Of a stretch of 64,000 nucleotides of DNA, positions 8,713 through 17,930 are shown in pieces (the stretch's first letter is position 1; each line of letters begins with the position of its first letter). Under the pieces are notes generated by a model, which saw only the letters and a list, made by a program, of their open reading frames with translations, had not been told where the DNA came from and made no database searches. The position numbers and the translations under genes are program-made. Origin of the DNA: an uncultured Nitrososphaerota archaeon (GTDB lineage Archaea > Thermoproteota > Nitrososphaeria > Nitrososphaerales > CADDZS01); assembly GCA_963799845.1 (NCBI GenBank), contig CAWCYI010000004.1:320001-384000 (forward strand), in the 5' to 3' direction.

Positions 8713-10243
8713 TTACCGCCCCGCGCTTTCACGAATCGGTCTTGCAACCATTCCTGCTATCAGGCCCACAATTAGGGTTACCACTGCTGTGATGAGGGCC
8801 AGGTCGAAGGATAATCCCCCACTACTAGAGGATGTCGTGGAGGTGATTGTCGTTGACACGGGAGCAGCTGTCGAGGTTACCGTTTGGGTGATGACTGACG
8901 CCGTACTCGTCTCGGTGACCGAGGCAGGTACTCGTCTGGGTGAATGACGCCGTACTCGTCTGCGTGACTGATACGGTCACGGTCGATGGAGAACTAGTTC
9001 CTGTTGCTGAACCCTTACCGGATGATATTTCCGTCACAGTTCCATTGTATGCGAGTTTAACGGTGGCGTCCATAGTGTTTCCACCTACCATCGTATTGTT
9101 GCCGTTGACGACTAAGACTCCAATGGCCTCGTTCTGGAAGGTGTTCCCCGTAATCACAGTATTCACGGCAGCAACTGGCCCTTCGCCGCCGACGATGACT
9201 CCTTCGAGGGTCGGGAGATATCCATCTCCGCTTATGACGTTGTTCAAGATGGCGTTGCCTGTAACGACATCGCCTGGCGCATTATTGTGAACTATTACTC
9301 CGCCTTCGCCGTTGTCGATGATGTTGTTGCCAATAACTGTGTTATTGATCGCGACGGTGTTGGGTGTGTCTGCTGCCACTATTATGCCGTTCTGGTTGTC
9401 GATGACAACGTTGTCGCTGACTACGTTATTCGAGACGCCCTCTCCCTTGTCGTACGAAGAGACCACAATGGCGCAGTGATTCGGTCTGTTGTTAATTATT
9501 GTATTGCCGCTGATAGTGTTGTTGTTTCCGGGGTTCGGTGTTCCAGTCGGGATGTTCGAGCCTGGGGCGGCTGTAGCATTCCAGGACGGGTCGATAGCTC
9601 CGTCATCAGTTATGCCCACCCCACCGTACAGATTGCCTACAATCGTGTTGCCGTCGATTGCAGAGTCCGATGTTCCCGCTAACTGGATGGCTTTGTCTTC
9701 GCCTAGGCCAGCTTGTATGTTTAGGCCGTTGTTAGAGGCGAAGTCGTTCTCCACTCTTACGTTGGAGCTGTCTTGGACGAAGATTCCGTGGTTGTTAGCA
9801 TTAATGGTCGCGAACCCTTCGACGACCGTGCCCGAGGCAGACTCGCCGACGACTACGATGCCGTTCGCCAGTCCCGTCGCGTTTATGATAGTGCTCAGTG
9901 GCATCCCATTCTCTGACATCAGGTCAATGGGTGTCGTGATGACTACCATTTCATTATACGTGCCGGGTTCGACGATTATAGTCGAAGCGTTTTTTGAGCT
10001 CGCGTAGAAGCTCGTCGCCTGAGCTACCGCGTGAGTAATGGTGGCGAAGGGGCTAGCAAACGAACCGGTGCCAGTAGTGTCACTACCCGTTGGGCTTACG
10101 TATAATACACTGCTGTTGTCCGTTGGTGCAGCCGCACTTACTGTCCGGCCAAGAAGAGCACCGGACGATAAGGCAAATAGGATGACCAAGCATGTCGCCG
10201 TGAACATTTTCGTACTCAAGGTGAAATTTGCATTCTGTTGCAT
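8713..10243 (-). CDS. Secreted right-handed parallel beta-helix (NosD/pectin-lyase-like fold) protein with a Ser/Thr stalk and C-terminal TM (frame break near 8927)
   Basis: Signal peptide; YVSPTGSD..GTGS...PFATI..A; EPGTYNE; repeated N.I..N. Removing one base near 8927 extends the ORF to ...GGLSFDLALITAVVTLIVGLIAGMVARPIRESAGR* ending at 8713. Confidence 0.85.
8896..8968 (-). repeat. Three 24-bp intragenic tandem repeats encoding (V/F)T(Q/E)TSTAS
   Basis: Copies at 8945-8968, 8920-8944 (25 nt, carries the extra base) and 8896-8919. Confidence 0.85.
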
Positions 10244-10413
10244 AGACGAAGTCGCTTAGTCTTAGTCTCATAAACTCTAAGACGATTCTCAAAAATGATA
10301 ATGAACAGGATAACCCTCCTCAGCAATTCTGAGAGTCTGGAATGCATTTTCAAAAGAGAGAATCGCCTCAAGTGTTATAAGAAACTCGTGCCCGGATCTA
10401 CCAGTGGTTTGAA

Positions 10414-10935
10414 ATGGCAAAGAAAGATAGAGCCGAAAAAGAATCAAACAAGAATAATCGGATTGCAGTTTGGAGTCCGGATGAATACGCTCGTGAAATG
10501 GATCGAGTCTTTTCAGACTTTGAGCAACGGATGAACAAATCTTTCCCCGGTTCATTCGGCGGTGGTTTTCCATTCCCGAGATGGAGATCCTTTGAATTAC
10601 CTGAAGTGAGGCGCCCGTTCGCCGATTTGATAGATGCGGGTTCGGAGTATCGGGCCCGCGTGGAAGTACCGGGAATTCCAAAAGAGAAACTCAACATCTC
10701 AGTAACGCCAAAAGAAATCAAGATTGAGGGAGAGGCAGAGTCCAATTTTGACGAAAAGAAGGAGGGCTTCGTCAGGAGGGAAAGGACTTACTCGAAGGTT
10801 AGGAGAGAGTTGGCCTTCCCTGAGGACGTGATCGCGGAAAAAGCAGAAGCGACGGTTAAAGACGGGGTACTCGAAGTTAGGGTCCCAAAAAAGGTCCCGA
10901 GTGAGGCGAAAACTCACAAAGTTCAAATAAAGTGA
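10414..10935 (+). CDS. Hsp20/alpha-crystallin small heat-shock protein
   Basis: PFADLID...RVEVPGIPKEKLNISV...RRER...AEATVKDGVLEVRVPK. Confidence 0.95.
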   Translation: MAKKDRAEKESNKNNRIAVWSPDEYAREMDRVFSDFEQRMNKSFPGSFGGGFPFPRWRSFELPEVRRPFADLIDAGSEYRARVEVPGIPKEKLNISVTPKEIKIEGEAESNFDEKKEGFVRRERTYSKVRRELAFPEDVIAEKAEATVKDGVLEVRVPKKVPSEAKTHKVQIK

Positions 10936-11014
10936 GACGTCCCTCACTATCGTCCGGAACTCGGTCTAGAAAACTTCTAACAGTGGCCGAGATCAACTTT
11001 TTCGGATTACTCAA

Positions 11015-11500
11015 TTGTTAGACACTATGCTAATTCAGGTTGAAGTTCCCGACGGGACAAACGTGATTATCGGTCAATCTCATTTTATCAAGACAACAGA
11101 AGACATCCATGAAGCCCTGGTAAGTTCTGTTCCGGGGATTCAATTTGGACTTGCATTCTGTGAGTCATCGGGTCCAAGATTAGTACGCGTCGAGGGGACC
11201 AGCGAAGAGCTAAGGAAACTCGCCATTAAGAATGTTGTTGAAATCGGTGCTGGTCATTCCTTCATCATCTACATCAAGGGAGCTTTTCCAATCAACGTAT
11301 TGAACGCTCTGAAAAATCTGGGAGAGGTGTGCCAAATCTTCTGTGCTACTGCAAATCCGGTTCAGGTTATTGTGGCTCAGTCAGAGCAGGGCAGGGGAAT
11401 TTTGGGGGTCATTGATGGTGGCTCTCCGATGGGTGTTGAATTAGAACAGGATGTCAAGGAGCGACGGGCTTTTCTGAGGAAAATCGGGTACAAACTCTGA
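11015..11500 (+). CDS. AMP-binding 'adenosine-specific kinase' family protein (DUF355)
   Basis: NVIIGQSHFIKT.EDI, FGLAFCESSG, GAGH, IFCATANP, GRGILGVIDG, RRAFLRKIGYKL. Confidence 0.9.
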   Translation: MLDTMLIQVEVPDGTNVIIGQSHFIKTTEDIHEALVSSVPGIQFGLAFCESSGPRLVRVEGTSEELRKLAIKNVVEIGAGHSFIIYIKGAFPINVLNALKNLGEVCQIFCATANPVQVIVAQSEQGRGILGVIDGGSPMGVELEQDVKERRAFLRKIGYKL

Positions 11501-11558
11501 CCAATCTGATTGATCCTGCCCAATCCTTTAATTCTGCACTAAATTCCTCTTCTTTGAA

Positions 11559-11987
11559 GTGAGCAAATTGCCAGCCTCTCTTATGGCTAAGGACGTGATG
11601 GATTCGAAAGTCGTAATGATGGATGCCTCGGCTATCGTGAATGATGCGATAAAGAAAATGGTATCTTCGGATACCTGGTCGATCTTGATCGAAAAGAATG
11701 GCCTTCCAATCGGTGTTCTGACAGAACGGGATATATTCAGGCGATGCCTAGGAATCGGGAATTCCCCTGACAAGATGATGGTTGAAGAAATCATGAGTTC
11801 TCCCATCGTTTCGGTAGCTCCGGACGATCGGATGGGAACGGTCATGGACACGATGGTTCAGAAGAATATTCGCCGTGTATTCGTAATAGAGAATGGCAAA
11901 GTTATTGGAAGGATTACTCAGACGAAGTTGTTTGATGATGCAGTCAATCTGATGGAGAGCCTTTCTTCCTTGAGGTACCAGATGTGA
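11559..11987 (+). CDS. Stand-alone CBS-domain pair protein
   Basis: AKDVM, GVLTERD, VEEIMSSP, IRRVFV...GKVIGRIT. Confidence 0.9.
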   Translation: MSKLPASLMAKDVMDSKVVMMDASAIVNDAIKKMVSSDTWSILIEKNGLPIGVLTERDIFRRCLGIGNSPDKMMVEEIMSSPIVSVAPDDRMGTVMDTMVQKNIRRVFVIENGKVIGRITQTKLFDDAVNLMESLSSLRYQM

Positions 11988-12106
11988 GCGCTTCAGTGTA
12001 TTCTGCCCTAGATCATTCTTCTAGTGAGATTTGATCTATCCCGCGTTATCGATTGTCGAAACTGCGACCGAAATTGGTTCAGGGATTTTTTCACCGGTGC
12101 GAAATT

Positions 12107-12608
12107 TCACTTTATGACAAGGACGTTGCAAGGGGCATGAAGTACTACCCCGCTCGAAACGCTTCCCAGCAGAAGCTTCTTGAAACCTCCCAGACCACGG
12201 GTGCCCATTACGATCAGGTCGATTTTTTCTCCGGTTGCCATATCGGTTATAGTCTCCACGATGGTCGAAGCTGTCCTCAGCACCTCTGATCTTGTACTAA
12301 CACCAAGCTGGTTTGCATTCAGCTACCATTTCTCCGACTGACTTTCTTGCATCCTGGTCCATGTAATCATAGTATTCATCAAATGTTTTCCGGGGCACAT
12401 CAAGGCCACCGACAAATCGAGGCATCGGTATGACACTGAGAACGATCAATTCCGCTCCGTATTCTTTTGCAATTCGTGCAGCAACCTCGGCTGCCTTCTT
12501 GGACATCGGTGAACCGTCGATCGGGACGAGAATCTTGGAAGGAGGAAAGGCCGATTCGAATTTTTCTTGCGATGATTCTGCGCTCAAAGTAGAATCCAGG
12601 TGCTCCAT
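12107..12608 (-). CDS. Universal stress protein (frame break near 12312)
   Basis: KILVPIDGS N-terminal motif; the +1 frame continues IDLIVMGTRGLGGFKKLLLGSVSSGVVLHAPCNVLVIK* (stop at 12107). Confidence 0.88.
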
Positions 12609-12762
12609 TTTACGTGTGAGGATCACTAATAAGAGAATTAGACCATTATCAATCTTGGGAAACTTTCTCAGACACCAAGTTTTTGTCCTGGCGAGAGAAG
12701 CTGCTCCTACGGTTGAAAATCGTATACTAAGTTTAACTACCATATGCTCTTGAAACCGGCGC

Positions 12763-13207
12763 ATGGATCAAATTCTCGTGGCGGTTGACGGCTCCAAACA
12801 TTCCTTCAATATCGTGGACAAAGGTTGCGAACAGGCAAAGGCATTCTCTTCTTCCATTTTGCTGGTTTATGTGATGAAAGAGTATGTAGAGGAACCGGAA
12901 GGAATAGTGTCCTATGAAAAGTCTGAGGGTTATCAAGACGCGTTTTCCGATTATCTACAGCAACTGGGGGACCAAATAACGGGCAAGCTCAGCTGAGAAG
13001 ATCCAACAAGCGGGCATCCCTTTCCGCACAATTACTCCTTCAGGTAATGTGGCCGATGAAATTCTTAATGTCGCAAACGTGGAGAAGGTCAGAATGATCG
13101 TGATAGGAATCAAAGGTCTACATGGTCTGGCCAAAATTAGATCGCTCGGCAGCGTGACTAGAAGGGTCGCCGAAAACGCAGAATGTCCCGTACTTGTGGT
13201 GCCCTGA
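12763..13207 (+). CDS. Universal stress protein (frame break near 12990)
   Basis: ILVAVDGS; the +1 frame continues ...MIVIGIKGLHGLAKIRSLGSVTRRVAENAECPVLVVP* (stop at 13207). Confidence 0.88.
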
Positions 13208-13254
13208 CTAGATTCAATATCGTTTCTACAACAAGCTTCAGAAACGAGTTTCTA

Positions 13255-13740
13255 TCAGGTGCGACGCTCAAGAATCATGTACCACGTTCCTAGCGCCTTA
13301 GCACACAATCTCCCATCTCCATCTCGTATTTCAGCTTCGGCAACGGAAACATTCCGTCCGTGTCGGAGGACTCTACCTGTTGCCGTGAAGGGTTCCTTTC
13401 TTAGTGGTTCGAGAAAATTGATCTTGAGTTCCAGAGTGACTTGATCTATTCCGGTGTTATTCGTCATAACTGCTATTCCACCGACGTTATCTAGTGCAAA
13501 CGAGATTATTCCTCCATGAACTATCCCGCCGTGACGCGCAACTTCTTGACTGTAGGGAAAAGTCAGCTCCGCATAGCCGTCACCGACCTTCTTGACCGAG
13601 AACTTTGCTATAGAGAAAAGACCGCTCTCTCCCTGCAGGAACCTCTCCAGTTCGGATTCAACGCTCAGACCCTGGTTTCTCACAATTTCGAAGAGGCCCC
13701 TGAATCCACCAGAGCTCTTCAGCATTTCTTCGAAGCTCAT
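13255..13740 (-). CDS. PaaI-family hot-dog thioesterase
   Basis: GIVHGGIISFALD, VTLELKINFLEP, G.VLRHGR. Confidence 0.92.
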   Translation of the reverse strand: MSFEEMLKSSGGFRGLFEIVRNQGLSVESELERFLQGESGLFSIAKFSVKKVGDGYAELTFPYSQEVARHGGIVHGGIISFALDNVGGIAVMTNNTGIDQVTLELKINFLEPLRKEPFTATGRVLRHGRNVSVAEAEIRDGDGRLCAKALGTWYMILERRT

Positions 13741-13892
13741 ATCTTCGGCAGGGAACGGTTTCTTTTCTTATTACATTAACGAATAGCCTCACTATTCCAA
13801 GAAGGCGCTTCCTTTCCGAATATCAAAAATGATAATCGTCTCTTCCTTTCAAATACGACAATCGAGGGTAGACGTCTCAGGGATCGACGGGA

Positions 13893-14072
13893 ATGCCAAT
13901 AAAATGTCCTGATTGTTCCTTGGAAATGGTGAAGCACAAGAAATCCTTCATCCTCAATGAAAAGGGTGATGGTGGAACCACAAGGCACGTCATTGCCTAC
14001 GCATGTTTGAAATGTGGAATGCTCCGTCTCTATTTCGAGCCGACGAATCTGTCGCTCGCAGGGATGGAATGA
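13893..14072 (+). CDS. 59-aa zinc-ribbon microprotein (below the ORF-track cutoff)
   Basis: Manual translation MPIKCPDCSLEM...VIAYACLKCGMLRLYFEP... contains two CxxC pairs. Confidence 0.7.
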   Translation: MPIKCPDCSLEMVKHKKSFILNEKGDGGTTRHVIAYACLKCGMLRLYFEPTNLSLAGME

Positions 14073-14073
14073 A

Positions 14074-15576
14074 CTAACGAAACGCCGAAAGAAATCCGAC
14101 GATGCAGTCCTTTATGGACAATAGTGTCATGTGTTTCACCGGACGCCCGTCTCTCGGAAAATTTGCGAGTCTATCGATCCTGAAATAAATCGGGGGATGA
14201 GGGTCGAACTGGAACCAGTCCAGCAGTTTGGCCATCGGACTATATTTTTCATGATAAAATTGCCTCATGCCGATTGATGTCAGAGCAGCCGCCAAGACTT
14301 GAGGATTTCCCAAGGTCACGGCCGACTCCGTGTCCGCTCTGGTCTCGAGGACTTTTCCCACTGCGAAGATCGCCCCGAAAGCGACGATGAAATACAGTAT
14401 CGGCTGGTAGATGAATAAAGGGTACCAGATGTAAAACCTCGCGAATAACTCGAACGAAGTCACGGCGAAAAGAATGATAGGGTCGTGACCCTTGATGTGT
14501 CCGAGCTCGTGTCCTATCACGGATTCCAACTCTTCCTCGCTCAAGTCCTCCAAAGATCCCGCCGTTATCATGATCGACGAATGATTTGTGGAAATACCGG
14601 TTGCGGCGGCGTTGGACACCAAGCTGTTTGCTATCACGATTTGCGGAGGAGCTCGATGGAATTTGGCGGAGACTCTCTCGACGATCGCGTATACATTGCG
14701 TGTCTTGATCTCGACGTCGTTCACGTTTGCGTGGATTCCGTGCTTTGAGAGAATCTGAAGGACAGTTGTTTTCACGCCGAGTCTCTCGGAAACCGTTGTC
14801 GGAATTTCGATTGACTTCATTACTTCGTCTCTAATCTCTGGCAAAATTTTCTTCCCATAGGTCGAGAGAGACTTGAGGGTTTCCTTGTCCGATCTTACAC
14901 TGACGATAGTCACAAGCGGCTTCTCGGCCGTAGGGTGAACGTTCCCCATGCTCATCGCAATTCTGTCTGAGAAAATCAGGTAGACCAATTGGAGCGCGAT
15001 CAACACGAATACTGTATAGATGCCGATTATGAAAAAAAGGACGAAACTCAGAAAAAGGAAAGTCAGAAAGACATTGGCGGTATTTCCCCTGAACAGCCGC
15101 TTCAAAATGCTCCGAAGCGGCGAGTCCTGCTGACCCGGGGCTTCGGAATGTTCTTCATGGCCTCCGATCACGAAGTAGAGCGTACTCAGCTTTGTATTTT
15201 GCATATACTGCCAGACTATGCTCTGAAGGTCGTCAATCACTCTAGAAGACAGGGCGACCTGCTGAGAGTTACTGACATCAAGAGCCTCGAATCTAAGCTC
15301 TACAGCAAGCTGACTGATTGAAAGGTTGATAGCGAGCGGAACTGTCGCTCCACCTTCGTGAAGCTTGAATCTCCAATAAAGCTCAACAGTTCCCTGAGAG
15401 TCAACCCGCCTGAATGATGCCGGCTCAATAAATTGCATATTTGGAGTGATGTAATACCTTTGGATCGCCTCAGCCAGGCCGTCGACCGCGGCCGCAGGAA
15501 TATTTTCTTGAATAACTACTCGTTTTGTTGAGGTTGATTGGATTGCCAAACGCCTAATTCCCCACTGATATTCCAA
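14074..15576 (-). CDS. M48 (HtpX-like) membrane zinc metalloprotease with a long N-terminal extension
   Basis: NAAATG, HELGH zinc motif, ETRAD, HPP..FRI; true start may be TTG at 15549. Confidence 0.88.
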   Translation of the reverse strand: MEYQWGIRRLAIQSTSTKRVVIQENIPAAAVDGLAEAIQRYYITPNMQFIEPASFRRVDSQGTVELYWRFKLHEGGATVPLAINLSISQLAVELRFEALDVSNSQQVALSSRVIDDLQSIVWQYMQNTKLSTLYFVIGGHEEHSEAPGQQDSPLRSILKRLFRGNTANVFLTFLFLSFVLFFIIGIYTVFVLIALQLVYLIFSDRIAMSMGNVHPTAEKPLVTIVSVRSDKETLKSLSTYGKKILPEIRDEVMKSIEIPTTVSERLGVKTTVLQILSKHGIHANVNDVEIKTRNVYAIVERVSAKFHRAPPQIVIANSLVSNAAATGISTNHSSIMITAGSLEDLSEEELESVIGHELGHIKGHDPIILFAVTSFELFARFYIWYPLFIYQPILYFIVAFGAIFAVGKVLETRADTESAVTLGNPQVLAAALTSIGMRQFYHEKYSPMAKLLDWFQFDPHPPIYFRIDRLANFPRDGRPVKHMTLLSIKDCIVGFLSAFR

Positions 15577-15621
15577 CTAAGGTTCGAATATTCTTTTGAT
15601 CAGTCTCGTCAATTACTAAAC

Positions 15622-16749
15622 TAACCTGGCCGACATAAGTTCATAGACACCTGTTGGTCAGAAGGAATTTCTTCATGTCAAGATGCGAGCAAAACCTTCG
15701 CGTTCGATAGTATTCTGCCAGGATTGATTTCAGTTCTTTCAATGACGTCGGAAAGGTTGGAAGCCTTGAGAGATCCTTCTCACCCTCGCGCCAACACTCC
15801 TCCATCATGTTGAACTCTGGCGAAGCTGTCGGGATCCATCTGACTCTGAGAGTCTTCCTGTTCTTACCCAAATAATCAGTTACGATCCTGGTTTTGTGGT
15901 GTTGCCTTGCTTTGTCAAGGAAGAGATAGAGTGATCCAAACTTCCTGTGCACCTTCTTCAGGTAGTCGAGGAATGTCTCGCCATTGAATTTCTCGTACTG
16001 CCTGAAGATTTGTGTCCCGTCCAGGCTGATCGCTCCAAACACCACGGTGTTGCCGTGCGAGCCTGACACAATCCGAATCGGTCGAATCCCTTTGACCGCC
16101 CACACCCTTTTGGTTTCTATGTTCTGGACGAAGATTGATTCGTCTTCGGATGCTACGGTGAAGCCTTCCGGGATATTCCTGAGGAGTCTTGCGGTCCTTT
16201 TTTAAATTCGAGCCTCTCTTCGAGGGAAGCCTTGTGAAGTAACCTCTTGTCAGGGACAATTGCTCTCACTCCCCACTTCTGCATCAACCTGTAGATGTGT
16301 CTCTCAGTGTATGCCACGTCTGCTTCCTTGCGGATCATCTCCCTGACCTCCTTCACGGTCCAGCCGCATTCGTTCTTCACGACCTTCCTCTTCACCGCAA
16401 TGAACTTGTTGTGATCGAGCTTCGGAGGTCTCCCGCTCCTTTCCATCGTCTTGAGTCCTTCTAGCCCATCTTTCTCGAAACGTCTAAGCCACGGTGTCGT
16501 CCATGATTTGTGCCGGTGAACTTCCCTTGCTACGTGCGACGCCGGGACACCCTCGTACTTGACCTTCAGAACGAGGAATATCCTCTTGCTTACGTTTGCG
16601 TCCCTCTCCTCTCTATAAGCCTCTTCAACAATCTCCTTCGGTGCCTGTAATCGAGACATACAACCTGAGATAGGAAGGGAAGTTGGCCAAAAATGAGAAT
16701 GTCTAGGTCTGTGGCCCTTTCAGTCTAATAATTTATGTCGGCCAGGTTA
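15622..16749 (-). mobile_element. IS630-family insertion sequence
   Basis: Perfect 17-bp inverted ends TAACCTGGCCGACATAA (15622-15638 and 16733-16749), including terminal TA; encloses a split transposase. Confidence 0.93.
15641..16659 (-). CDS. IS630 transposase, HTH ORF plus DDE ORF joined by a -1 frameshift
   Basis: ORF A has an HTH, SGRPPKL and ends EFKKG at TTTAAAAAAG (near 16200); the -1 frame reads SEDES...FLDKARQH...SPEFNMMEECW. Confidence 0.92.
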
Positions 16750-16871
16750 ATTAGGAATATTGAAAACACCATGATCTTGGTCAGCATATCTCAATTTTCG
16801 ATACTATCATCGTAGTAAAGAATTAGGCAGAACTATATAATCTCCAAAACTGTTACTTGTATGACTCCTTA

Positions 16872-16952
16872 ATGTCAAAGTCTGACGCACTGTTTTACTT
16901 CCTGACGGCCGTCCTTGTTTTCATAATAGCGACAGCCATAAGAACTTCTTAA
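16872..16952 (+). CDS. Putative 26-aa single-TM microprotein
   Basis: MSKSDALFYFLTAVLVFIIATAIRTS*; TATATAA box at 16834-16840. Confidence 0.4.
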   Translation: MSKSDALFYFLTAVLVFIIATAIRTS

Positions 16953-17126
16953 TTTATTTTCAGTGGAATGAAATTATGGAAGATGTGTCTAATTAAGGAT
17001 ATCAAGAGTTTCATTCACCTCAAATTAGAGCCAAAACCGTTCATACTATGATCGATATTATACCTTGCTTGATTTGAAATTTGAAAGAGAAGAGTTAATT
17101 CCATGGAATAAGGTTAGTTTTTTCTT

Positions 17127-17504
17127 GTGGCAATAACAAACAGCGATTTCTCGTCAATCGGAGAATCTCTTTCAAACATTCTGTCAGGTACTCTAACCGT
17201 CAACGTCAATAACTTTCCATTTCTGAAGATCGACGGAGAAACGAAAACATTAGACGTTGAAATCAAGGGGCTAAAAGCCTCCGGAATCCAGGCTTCCGAT
17301 TTGGTGGGCGATTCTCGTCGAGGGTTACTGGAGACCCTCAAGATCTCTCAAAGGATTGCGAAGGACCTCCATCAAAAGGGCTGGAGGCTGCGCGTCTTCG
17401 AAGGGGGTAGTTCGCTCTTTTCGATGGGAAGGGGAGTCTCTTCATTGACCAGCTTTGTTTGGGGAGATCCGACCAAGCTTCTAAAAATCCTGAGCTCTAC
17501 TTGA
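17127..17504 (+). CDS. Hypothetical protein
   Basis: 125-aa ORF with protein-like composition and no recognisable motif. Confidence 0.65.
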   Translation: MAITNSDFSSIGESLSNILSGTLTVNVNNFPFLKIDGETKTLDVEIKGLKASGIQASDLVGDSRRGLLETLKISQRIAKDLHQKGWRLRVFEGGSSLFSMGRGVSSLTSFVWGDPTKLLKILSST

Positions 17505-17772
17505 GCGGAGAGAATTGTTCCTTTCCCTGCTGACTTGAAATATTCGCGACATTCTTGGAGACAAGAGCGTTCTTTTCCTCATCCGTGAGCTCGCGCATAT
17601 GAACAACCATGCTAATTGTGCCGTTGATCTCCACGCTGAATGATGTGCCGGGAAACCTCACATTCGTCCTCTGAAACGTGAGATCAACCTGTGATTGCTT
17701 GTTAGCGAGAGTCGTAATCAGACCTTCGAACAGATTCTTTTCCGTGTCTTCGGTGTTTGACATACTTTGCAT
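17497..17772 (-). CDS. Hypothetical protein
   Basis: ORF convergent with the previous gene; likely ATG at 17772 or 17763. Confidence 0.6.
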   Translation of the reverse strand: MQSMSNTEDTEKNLFEGLITTLANKQSQVDLTFQRTNVRFPGTSFSVEINGTISMVVHMRELTDEEKNALVSKNVANISSQQGKEQFSPLK

Positions 17773-17930
17773 CGTCTTGGATAGTGTTTGGGAAGTATTT
17801 ACGAATTCTCTCAATTCATCTCGCGAATCTTCGGCTTTGACGAGCTCCGAGCATAGGATGGTCGGAAATCTGTAATCCTGACTGATAGGCTAAAATGCTG
17901 TAAAGTTTGCGTTCGCGATCAGAAACTGAA

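Noticed and set aside
8940-10007. Long plus-strand ORFs opposite the beta-helix gene, and similar antisense ORFs across the window
   Set aside because: These are shadow ORFs of real genes on the opposite strand.
8713-10243. NosD of a nitrous-oxide reductase cluster
   Set aside because: No nosZ, nosF, nosY or nosL is in the window; only the fold is shared.
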